DNA of 64,000 nucleotides from Cirrosporium novae-zelandiae (Eukaryota): NCBI GenBank assembly GCA_026023565.1, contig JAPETS010000033.1, positions 1 to 64,000 of the forward strand, read 5' to 3'. Shown piece by piece: positions 1 to 10,115 of this stretch (position 1 is its first letter; each line of letters starts with the position of its first letter). The notes under the pieces were generated by a model. It saw only the letters and a program-made list of their open reading frames with translations, ran no database searches and was not told where the DNA came from. The position numbers and the translations under genes were made by a program.

Positions 1-125
1 CCTAACCCTAACCCTAACCCTAACCCTAACCCTAACCCTAACCCTAACCCTAACCCTAACCCTAACCCTAACCCTAACCCTAACCCTAACCCTAACCCTA
101 ACCCTAACCCTAACCCTAACCCTAA
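1..125. repeat. Telomeric repeat (CCCTAA)n / (TTAGGG)n, chromosome left end
   Basis: One partial CCTAA plus 20 perfect CCCTAA units from base 1, ending abruptly at 125. Confidence 0.99.
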
Positions 126-319
126 ATGATCGAAACGAATTTAACCGTGTTATTTATATTAAAAAATATTTATTTTTAAATTTTGATATTCTTGCGTTTT
201 CTTCACTTTAAAGTCTAGCCCTCGACCTTTTTTCCCTATAGAATACAAAGGGGCCTCAAAACCCCTAAGTAGAGTCCGTCATAGCTTCTAAGCGATATAT
301 GGACATAAAACAATGAATA

Positions 320-434
320 ATCATCATCATTATTACTTGCGTTTAGCATGCGAATAGTATATTATACCTATTAGTTATATATTCCCTTGCCTCACTAGTC
401 TACCACACTGCCTGTACTGAGCGCTGCCTTTACA
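320..434. mobile_element. Degenerate LTR fragment (one half), same family as the solo LTR at 61040-61292, opposite orientation
   Basis: 421-434 GCGCTGCCTTTACA matches the reverse complement of 61040-61053 (GCGCTGCCCTTACA) at 13/14. Shared blocks TCATCATT, ATGCGAAT, TTAGTTA and CTAyCACAC are collinear. Confidence 0.75.
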
Positions 435-603
435 CCCCCCAAACCCCCCTCGAAAACCTCAACACCACAAATTCCCCCCCCCCACCTTATATGTGTATTT
501 ATATAGACCAAAATAGACCTTGGGCAGTCAAGGTCTGGTCGGTCTGGTCGGTCGGGGTCAGACCGTCTATTTGGTCTGGTCCATTCCCTTCACTGCCCTC
601 ACA
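435..603. mobile_element. Probable fragment of a second LTR-like element
   Basis: Minus strand begins TGTGAGGGCAGTG at 603, similar to the TGTAAGGGCAGCG terminus of the solo LTR. Contains internal GACC/GGTC repeats, interleaved inverted repeats (505-518/565-577 and 522-533/587-598) and a TATATAAA near 497-505. Confidence 0.45.
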
Positions 604-714
604 GTCATCAGCTATCTGGGTTAGATAGATAGCGTTCTCTTATATAAAAGTTTGGCCACGCGCCAAGCCTCGCCTATGCGCCTACGAAGCGCACATGCTT
701 GGCATGCCGTTACA
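604..714. mobile_element. LTR fragment (other half), same family and same orientation as the solo LTR at 61040-61292
   Basis: TAGCGTTCT..TATA..GCGCCAAGC-[26 nt]-ATGCTTGGCATGCCgTtACA aligns with 61210-61292 and ends in ...ACA at 714. Confidence 0.8.
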
Positions 715-989
715 GTTTTTGCATATAGAATCGCTAATAAAATACCGAAATCCACGGGTTTAGCGTGTTTCGCTGCGCTATCAACGTCGGCTATCTACGT
801 CGGTGATAGCGATACTATCTATACTGCTGATACCTATACTGCCGAATCCCTTTCTCGCTCCGACAGATATAATGGCAATGCTCGTCCAGCCGACAGAGCA
901 GCCCGTCCGAATAAACCGGGAGCCCGGGGATCGGCTGAAGGGCTGTTTGGCTTCTTGGAAGTAAGACGGGTGGGATAAAGTTGACTTGC

Positions 990-2462
990 CTTTGTTTGAT
1001 TGCCAGCCAGTCGTGGATTGGTTTATGTTATCTTGGATTTGTTACCGGGCTTTCTGCGGTAGAGCCTTGGGAAGCATAGATGGGATACGTTTCGTCTTAC
1101 TGACTGTCTCCGTAATATTCCCTGAGAACCAACTACTGAGATACAAGAAGTTGTCGGGTCATTGGTAGTAGAGGTTCATCTGCGGGGCATATCCCAATAT
1201 GCTATATAGTTGGAGGCTCAATCCTGTTCCCAGTGTAGCCGTTATATCATCTATGGAGTATTAAGTCCAGCTAGAAGTGTAGTTGCAGGCCTAAATTTCG
1301 TGGTTGCGGTCCTGATATACAACATGACTGCTGTTGGAACACAGTTCGCATGCTTCCCAGGCTGATGAAATCTTGGAGGATGGGTCCGCTTTGTAGTTCT
1401 CTTTCCCGATGCTTGATGTTTGCCAGGTTGCACTTGAGGCGTTGTAAAGTAAACCTTGGATGATGTTGTTGTCATCAAAATAATATACGTCCAGTCGCTA
1501 AGGATATCATGTTATCCGTTAGTACAAGGTTTCTATGCAGAAGCCTCAAAATCATAACGGGGATAATTGAAAACAGTAAAGATATGGTTATGGAGAATTC
1601 CCAGTCTCTATCTCTGATAAACATATTGCGGGCCTTCCTTATAACACCCCAGGGGTCACCGGTACCAGCCTATCATCTTCAACCTCCCTAGAGATTCAAG
1701 TACTAGGCAAATATATTTTCCATTTCAAGGATCTAATGGTCACTTTTGACAGGATCTTGGTATACTCACCTGGTAATTATTTAGAGGCCCTTTAACAGCA
1801 GCTGCAAGAGGAGATCCCGCTTTAGCAGTACCAATGGACTTAGGCGAAGTCCAACTATTCGATGCGGTGTCCCAAGCAATTTCCTTAATATGATCATTCT
1901 CGTCCTGGTAGTATACTCGATATCTAAACTCGATTAAAGATGAATTCCACACGACAGCCGCCAGGCTCGAGTCCTTTCTAATTCCCGTTGTAGAGGTTGC
2001 AGATACAAATACTGACAGATTTCCGGTTGTAGCTGAAAGCTGTGCAGTTTCTGTTGCTGTAGCAGATTTCTGCGAACGAGAAAGTGTGCCCCCTAGAGCA
2101 CCTCCAAGCACTACACCAATGATTATTACACCAACAATGCCCGTGAGTATCCAGAAAGTTTTTCGCCTTATGCCTAATACTTTCTTTACAGGTTTCGCCG
2201 GCTCCACTAGACTGGTTTCAGGGTCAACTGGTTCCCACTCACTTTTAACTGGAATAATTCCTTCGTTACCACCAAACGGTACATCTAGATGATATGCCTA
2301 AAGGTTGCCCTCCCCGAGTGCTTCAACAGGTCCACCAGCAGGGTCCCTATTTATCTCGAGATTACTATAGTGCTTCGAAAAGCTTCTTTCTAAGATAATA
2401 TAGTCTTGGCGGTGGTCTACCTCGAGGATACTATGGTCAGTTTCTTGCTTCGAAGTTGCCAT
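990..2462 (-). pseudogene. Membrane-anchored fungal fucose-specific-lectin-like (beta-propeller) pseudogene, apparently 3'-truncated
   Basis: ATG 2462; exons 2462-1770, 1497-1101, 1031-990. LGIRRKTFWI motif plus a TM helix, then SSLAAV..YRVYYQD..IKE..W and GSPLAA repeats. In-frame stops at 2298-2300 (TAG), 1291-1293 (TAG), 1261-1263 (TAA) and 1159-1161 (TGA). Confidence 0.8.
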
Positions 2463-3340
2463 AACGGATAAGTTGCTAGGAAAGATGCTGAAAGCTTCGA
2501 AAGTTTTAGGTAAAGAGATGAGAGGTTCCAAGTGTGGCTCCTCTGATCACCCTCCGCTCAAAGCCTGCTCAGTAGACACAAGGCTATATCATTTGCATAA
2601 ATCATTAAGCTTTGGTTTGACAGATCAAGAAATCCAATCGATACGAAGATAAACCTGAAAGATGCAGCAGCAAGATCACGAAGGATGCTATTATGGTTAA
2701 AGTAGTGAAAGGCTCTACGCCACTGTTTTGATTGTGTATCTGTTGCAAATAGAAATGCGATTGTGGGAGCAAAATAGCTCTCAGCCTCATGAGATCGGCA
2801 CAGTATTAACACCCAACCTCATCTCCTCTGGCATTTATAAACCGTCTTCGGCCTAAATAGGATTCGACTGCTTGTGTAAACTAGAGAAAGTCCACAGATA
2901 TAAAATGTTGAGTAGCTACAACATACTCGTAGGGTACTACAGGATATCTCGGCTACTCTTGCAAAGAGTCGCGAGATGATTACGTCACGCGAAAATGTTC
3001 GGTTTAACTTTCCGTAAGCGCCCTATTGTTCTCAGGGCCGCGATCAGAGCTCTCCAATGTCAAATGTAAAAGTAATTTCTATTGTTCAACTCACCTATAC
3101 ACCTGTTCACCAACCTGACAATAACCACTCGCCTATTGAGAACAACTATTCATCAACCATTCCTGGCACTTCCACTATGACCTTTCTAACCTTTCTACTT
3201 TATAATTCCACCTAAAATCCCAGGTCCAAGCCATCTGATAACAACTCTACATTCAAACTCACTCTTTAGCTTCAAGCCATCTTCCATACCATATCATCTT
3301 CTTCTCCTACTCTTCAACCAATTCTCTAGAAACAATCAAA

Positions 3341-4495
3341 ATGACGAGACCAGAAATCTCCCCAAAAATCCTTCTTGCAACTACTGAATCGCAATGGCTC
3401 TTTACAGATGCAGAGCTTCTTCGCACTCCATCCATCCTCGATGGCCTCACCGTCGAAAAGGAACGCGAGAATCGCGCCAAAGGTGTCAGCTTCATCACTC
3501 AAGTCGGTATTAGACAGCATCTTCCCCAGATGACTCTTGCAACAGCTTCGGTCTTCCTACATCGGTTTTTCATGCGCTACAGTATGGTCGATGTTGGTCA
3601 GCGACAAGGAATGCATTACTATAGTGTCGGTGCCACGTGCTTATGGCTAGCCACCAAGGTTGAAGAGAATTGTCGAAAGCTTAGTGACGTGATTTGCGAT
3701 TGTGTCAAGGTCGCACAAAAAAATCCCGATTTGACTGTGGATGTGCAGTCAAAGGAATACTGGAAGTGGAGAGATACAATCTTGCGAATTGAAGATACCC
3801 TACTTGAAGCTCTTTGCTTTGATCTTATGGTCGAATCTCCATACGCCATTCTTTATGACCTTATCCTCAAATTCGGAGTGTCGCACAACAAAACCCTTCG
3901 AAATGCCGCCTGGGCATTTGTCAACGATTCCCATCTCACTACATTATGCCTACAATTTTCAAGCCGAACCATTGCCGCAAGTGCCTTGTATTGCGCAACG
4001 AGGTTTTGTGGTGTTCAGATCCCCGATGATCGAGATGGGAGACCATGGTGGAGAGTTGCAGATGTCAAACTTCTTGATATGAAAAAAGCCTGCAATAAGA
4101 TGGCGGCCATCTACGAAAATGCGCATTCGAGAAGTGGCGAGGGCAACATATATGTTAGCACACCTGAAGATGAAGATGAGACGACGGCTAAGACGCGGAA
4201 ACGTCGCACAAGCAATACTCCAACACCAGAAACTAGAAAGAGGCAGAGGACAGAAAGCGAAGAAGGAGAAGTGGCCAAGGAGCAAGGAGATAAGCGTCAA
4301 CGAAGTGAGAATGGAGACCGATCTCCAATTGTTGAAAATGGGGTGAAACCTTCAACGGCGGAGAAAGAAAACAGTCTACACATGAACAATAAAGAGAAAC
4401 CCCACGACGAGAAGCCAAGCGAAACGAAACTAGATGAAGCAAAACCCGATGAGAGTGAAGAAGGCGAGGAAGGGGAAGTCGTTGAAGATTCATGA
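3341..4495 (+). CDS. Transcriptional cyclin (cyclin K/T family, Pch1/Bur2-like)
   Basis: Single-exon 384-aa ORF. SQWLFT..L.RTPS, ATASVFLHRFFMR, LATKVEE, LLEALCFDL, AWAFVNDS cyclin boxes and a charged C-terminal tail. Confidence 0.93.
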   Translation: MTRPEISPKILLATTESQWLFTDAELLRTPSILDGLTVEKERENRAKGVSFITQVGIRQHLPQMTLATASVFLHRFFMRYSMVDVGQRQGMHYYSVGATCLWLATKVEENCRKLSDVICDCVKVAQKNPDLTVDVQSKEYWKWRDTILRIEDTLLEALCFDLMVESPYAILYDLILKFGVSHNKTLRNAAWAFVNDSHLTTLCLQFSSRTIAASALYCATRFCGVQIPDDRDGRPWWRVADVKLLDMKKACNKMAAIYENAHSRSGEGNIYVSTPEDEDETTAKTRKRRTSNTPTPETRKRQRTESEEGEVAKEQGDKRQRSENGDRSPIVENGVKPSTAEKENSLHMNNKEKPHDEKPSETKLDEAKPDESEEGEEGEVVEDS

Positions 4496-4747
4496 AGATT
4501 TGGAAATGCACACTCCGACACTGGGTGTCCTAAAGACATTTCCCAACTCTTTCTAGGCGGAACTTTATGAAGCAAGCATCTTATCGAGAGTGATTCATGA
4601 CCCCACTAAGGGAATCCTTGGACCCTCCTAAACTGAATACACGAGCACTAATCTCTCGTAATTCGATTGCATCCAATACCCAACATTTCGAAGTGCATAT
4701 ATACTTGCAAAATGCATTTATCATTTCATCAACTTCAAGATCATGAG

Positions 4748-7618
4748 TTATACATGTTCCTCCACCCAATCAACCAACTCCAGCATATCCACGACATCTA
4801 AAATCTCTTTCCTCTCGGCCTTTTCCAGTACTCCGATCGTCATATCCCAAACATGTTGCTTCACCAACGCAAACGGGATAGGAAATCTAACCGCCAACTC
4901 CACAAACCTCCTCACGGCTTCCCGCGGCGTCTTCTCAAACCCCGCAAATAGCGCTGGATTCTCCTGCAAACCCCTAGCACTCATGACGCCATCCACACCC
5001 GTACACCCCGCAATCCTCTCGGCATCCTTCAACGAAAAGGCATCCCCATTCGCCACAACCGGACAAGCAACACTCTCCTTGACTAATCGAATCGCCTCTA
5101 AATCCACGGGCTCACTCGACCGCTGACTCCTTAGCCGTCCATGCACGCCAATATAGTCTACTCCGGCTCCCTCCACCGCTCTCACAAAATCAACGGTCTC
5201 CCTCAAATCCCTATGAACCCTAATCTTCACACTCATGCAAAACTGATTCCCGCATCGCGCTTTTACAGCTTTTATCATGGACGTCACCAGATCCCGCTGG
5301 TGCATCAGCGAGGCTCCGATTCCCTCTGCGCACGCCCAGGACTGCGGACACCCGCAGTTTAGATCGACAGAGGACACGAAGGGCTGCACGAGGGATGCGG
5401 CGCGCGAGAGCTCAAGCGGAGAGGATGACGCGAACTGGATCGTTAGGGGTGTGTCGGTGGCGTGGGTTGTTAGGTCTGAGGGTTTTTTGTGCATGGGTTA
5501 GTTAGCCATGTGGGTATGCTAAAGTAGCTTTCTAGAACTTGTGATAGATCCGCAGCTGAGTTGAGTTGGGTTAGGTTGGGTTGAGATAGCTAGGAATTCA
5601 TGATGATGATGACGACAAGAGATATACCATAGATGATTAATACCAAATACCAAATATCAAATCCACCATACTCCACACGAGATATCTATCATTCACAACC
5701 CCTCCCTCTCCCACAAGTAAAAATAAAAATCAACTCACCACTATCCCTAGCCAAATCACTCCGGTTAAATTCTTTCGCTAGGATCTAGAGATTTTGGTGT
5801 GGATTGTTAGATTAGATTGGCTTGGCTTGGCTTGGATGGGGGGGTTGGGTTGGGTGTTTTGGGGGGAAGGGGGGAAAGGGAGGGGAGAATATTTTTGATG
5901 GTGGTGATGATGTATCGACATCTCCCCCCCTCCAAAATAAAATATATAAAGACGTACAGATACGTACCATAGGCGAATAACACAAATCGACTCCGTATTC
6001 TCGAACAAGGGAGCGGAAGGGGAGTTTGGAATATCTACATGTGCGTGGTTTGGTGGTTGTTAGTGTTAGTGTTGGTTCTAGGGGGATAGAGGGTGGAGAG
6101 GGAGGGTAAGAAAGAAAGAATGGGTTATTGTGGGGTTATGGCTGGGGCTGTAGTTATATCGACCTCTTCCTCTTCCTCTTTCCCTCTCTCTTTCAAATAG
6201 CCGCCTTGCTTTGCTTTGCTTTTCCTCCACTTCATCTATTTCGTCTAAAACTCAACTAGACAAAAGACAGAAAGATGGAAAGAAGGACTAAGCGACCCCA
6301 CCCCCACACATCACTTCCATTCCATTTGCAATGATAAAAAAGGTTCATGTTGAGTGCGGCGAATGTAGAGGAGAGGGGGAGGAGGATGGGGGTGCTTGGG
6401 CCCGGACGGGTGGTGGAGCTGGAAGTCGGTGTTTAGGGTTTGGGGTGTTGTCTATAAGAGATGGATAGTCCGTTCCTTTTTCTCTTTGGCTGGAGAGAGT
6501 TTCGGGAGATATGAGGAGGAGGAGATAAAAGTGAAGTGTTTGGTCTGGTATTGGGGAGTTTTGTGAGTGATTCGAGAAGGGGATTGAGAATGGAGGGTGG
6601 ATGGTTGATGGTTGGACGTTTCTTTTCCCTTCTTTCTCTTCTTTGTTCTTCGTCTTCGTCCTCATCCTCGTCCTCGTCTCTAGTCTTTCTGGTTCTTGGG
6701 AATTTGAACATCTTCACATCTTTTCCTTCTCTAGAACTAGAGGACTCGACAGACGATATAGGCTCATCTCTTCCATCTCCATCTTCATATACAAATCCAA
6801 ATCAATACGTTCAGATTCCCCTATCTAATCTATTAATTATTATTCATTCATTCGAGATTAGGTTTAGATTGGGCTGGGTTGAGTTAGGGTTTCTGTACGT
6901 ACGTATTCATAGTGTATATGTATATTCTTTCATAGATTATGATTGATTGTAAACCAATGGTATGTAGGGTGGGAGGTAATGTAGCCTCCTCACTACCATC
7001 CTTTCGTCTTCTACCCTCCCAAAGCGCCTTGATGCCCATCCGCACCACTATCCTCAGACCCAAAACCAGAAGCCAAAAGAAAATGTTTCTAGTGTTGTGA
7101 TATCCACCAACAAACCAACTACACAAACAAAGCAAACACATAAATAAACTCATACATACCTAACCATAGGTGCGCTTATCCACAGAGGTCTGTTCTGCGC
7201 CCTTGCGATTGAGAAGAGTTGAAGGGGGCTATTTTTCGAGAAGAGAGGTTAGCTAGATGTTTTATTTAGACTTGTGAGGACGATAGATGGATGAGTGGAT
7301 ATTTGTGAACGAGAACTCGGAAAAGGGATGGTTCAAGCAAAATGGGAAGGAGAGTAGCATGCTAAATAATAATAACGTATACATATAGATGATGCATGAA
7401 TGATATGATACAACAAGAGATGTCTGCTCAAAGAAAATCACCACCAACCACGACGAAAGTATAAACATCACATCACATAGCTAAGCAAATTCCTAATGCC
7501 CTACTAAAAAAGAACAAACTTACTGTACACATTCTCTTTCTGTTGCTTCTCCAACCTCATCATCATGATAATTCCCTGAAAGGATTATTGGTGGTGGCGG
7601 CTTGGAATACGACCCCAT
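4748..7618 (-). CDS. DUS4: tRNA-dihydrouridine synthase, Dus4-type; 5 exons
   Basis: Exons 7618-7524, 7228-7160, 6034-5968, 5784-5739, 5475-4748, all with GT-AG introns in phase. The spliced product gives APMVRYSKLPFR, PMILAKEFNRS..ARDSD, DLNCGCPQSWA, IGVHGR, VANGD and GVMSARG. Confidence 0.9.
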
Positions 7619-8826
7619 TATTATTTTCACCTTGGTTGAGTAGGTTGATTTAGTTTGCGGGGTACATGTAGACAGTCTAGTAAGGGGCAGGCGAACTTGG
7701 TATTTGGTGATTGGGATATGAGAGTTAAGAGATTGGAGAAAGGAGATAGGACTACTGTTGAAAGCGGGAAATGATCAGTGGTGCGGTGGCAAATTTTATT
7801 TTTTTAATTGATGGTTGTTGGTATGAGAAGAGACAAATCGTAAGCGTAGTCAAATTTCTTGATACCTTGATATATCAAAAACTCAAGTGATAGAATGGAG
7901 TTGCATACTTGCAACTTAACTTGAGTAGATATATGAAAGTATGTAGTCAATATATAAAAATCTACCTACTCGTTATAGGGATAAAAATATTCTCTACGTA
8001 TCAAAAGAAAAACAAATCAAAAACAGCTTCCAAATAATATCTTCCTCATTCATAGAGCACATAAGGTAAAGATATCTTCCTCCCACCAACCATACAGCCA
8101 TGCATTCGTAGCAGAAAATAGGCCACATGCCAATCGCCACGATCGGCTCCAACTCCCAGTCTTTCAAAAAAACACTAATATTGCTCCTCCCGGTTCTTCA
8201 CATTCCCTCTTCTCGTTCTCTTGGACATGCCTTCCAGCTTGAAATATCAATACTTTGCTGGCATTGTGCCTGGCAGGTTCCAAAGAAAATAAATCCCTCC
8301 CCAACCCCAATTATCCCTCACGCCGATTCCCCAAGTCTTTAGAGCACAGGTAAGAATGCAACCGCTAAAAGCCATCTTTCTCAAACGGACACGTTAATTA
8401 ATTACAGAAAGTCAAAATAATAAAATCAAGATTTGTCAGATTGCCCTTGTTAGACAAAACCCCTAGTAGCAGAATTATACATCGGCGTACCTAAATTAAG
8501 TCCAGAGATCCGTGGAATTCCTTGGACATTCGGCTCCCGACGATCCGTGTATGCGATGAAACGGTCAAGGGCCTTGGTGTTTCCTAGGGATGCTGCTTCT
8601 TGAGGATGGAGTAGTACTATTGGACGGTACGATGCTTGGTGATGTAAGCTTTGATATGGCGGCAAAAAGTCAATAAGATAGGTGTGGAGATCGAGGATAT
8701 TAATATGGGTGTTGTTGCAATGTAGACTGGGTATCGAAGAAAAGGATTCGTAACGTGAGTATTATCTACGTATTATTGACCCCTACGGCTCATTAATTGA
8801 GCATAAACAAAGCGTTAAGGACAACT

Positions 8827-10115
8827 TTACAGGATCATGTTGTTGAGGTTGCGCTGTAATATCATGTCCTGAACACTTTGCATAGTGACCTTTAGGAGAG
8901 TGGTATCTGTAGCGTTCGTGTAGTGAATATAAATTTCACGGTCTTGTTGACGATTCATCGCACGGAATCGTTCGGCAAAGTACCTGGAAGCGGCATCGAA
9001 ATCGGTCGGGTCCCCGCTGTAATCGGGAAAGTAGTTGGCAAGAGGGCTTTTGGGAAGTTTGTCTTTGAAAAGATCGATTTTGTTGAGGAAAAGGATGATA
9101 GGCTTTCGTTTGAACCATTCGCCATTGGCAAGAGACTCGAAAAGCATCATCGCTTCGTGCATTTGATTCTGTACAATTCAGTTGGAAATCAAATAGGATG
9201 AGAAAAAAGTCAACTCACAGCTGTTTGGTCTTCAACTAGGCATTGGTCATAACCCGAGAGCGCCACCAAAAACAGTAAACAGTTACATCCTTCGAAACAA
9301 TGAATCCACTTCTTTCGTTCCGAGCGTTGACCACCGACATCCACCATCCGGTAAGTTAGTTGGCCAAGATCAAATATTGTTTCGGTGATACCCGTTGTCC
9401 GAAGACGTGATTGGAGGACATCCTGGTCACTTGGTATAAATCCTGGTTCCCAAATACGATCAATAGAAGAAAAGAAGCTAGAATGGTCAACTTCCGTCAT
9501 CAATATTAGCCCGTGACAACTTACTAGCTCAAGTTATCATGTAGGGCAAACTCATGTCCTCTGGAAACGGCTTGCTTTACACCCTTGTCTAACCATAGAC
9601 CTTTCATTGCTGGAAGCATTTCTGGAGGAAACGCCTCATCTGGTCCAACATCATGCTCTGCACTGAGGATCTGATTGGACCATTTCTGTTTCAAACCAAT
9701 CAACTCATGGACTTGTAATTTTCATCGGTTGATAAAGCTTACCTCACTCTCCGGAAGAGAAAACGTTATGTTATCGTCGTTCATGATATCCAAGATGACC
9801 TTGAAGGCTACGACGATATTGGAATATATTACAGCACGGACTTCTCTTCTTTCGTCTGTGCTGAAACCGCCGCTGTGTATAATGCGCATCTGTTTCAAGA
9901 TGGTCGATTTTCCCGATTCACCAGCACCTATAAGACGTTAGGCATCGATAATCAGGGTATACCATGGCGAGGCACTACCCACCTAATAAGAGAATCTTCA
10001 CCTCACGATCCATCTCCTTTCTGTTTCTCTTAATCATTTTGTCAATATCTGCATTTTTCTTGATTTCCTGATCATCCCCCCGATTCCTCCTCGATGCCCC
10101 AAACCCGAAACACAT
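8827..10115 (-). CDS. Heterotrimeric G-protein alpha subunit, fungal group II (GNA-2/GanA-like); 4 introns
   Basis: Starts MCFGFG (no Gly2 myristoylation site, typical of group II). [48 protein letters not shown]. Confidence 0.93.

Noticed and set aside
522..598. Possible 77-bp MITE with GGGCAGT(C/G)AAGG terminal inverted repeats
   Set aside because: No target-site duplication. It is better explained as internal repeats of an LTR-like fragment ending TGCCCTCACA at 603.
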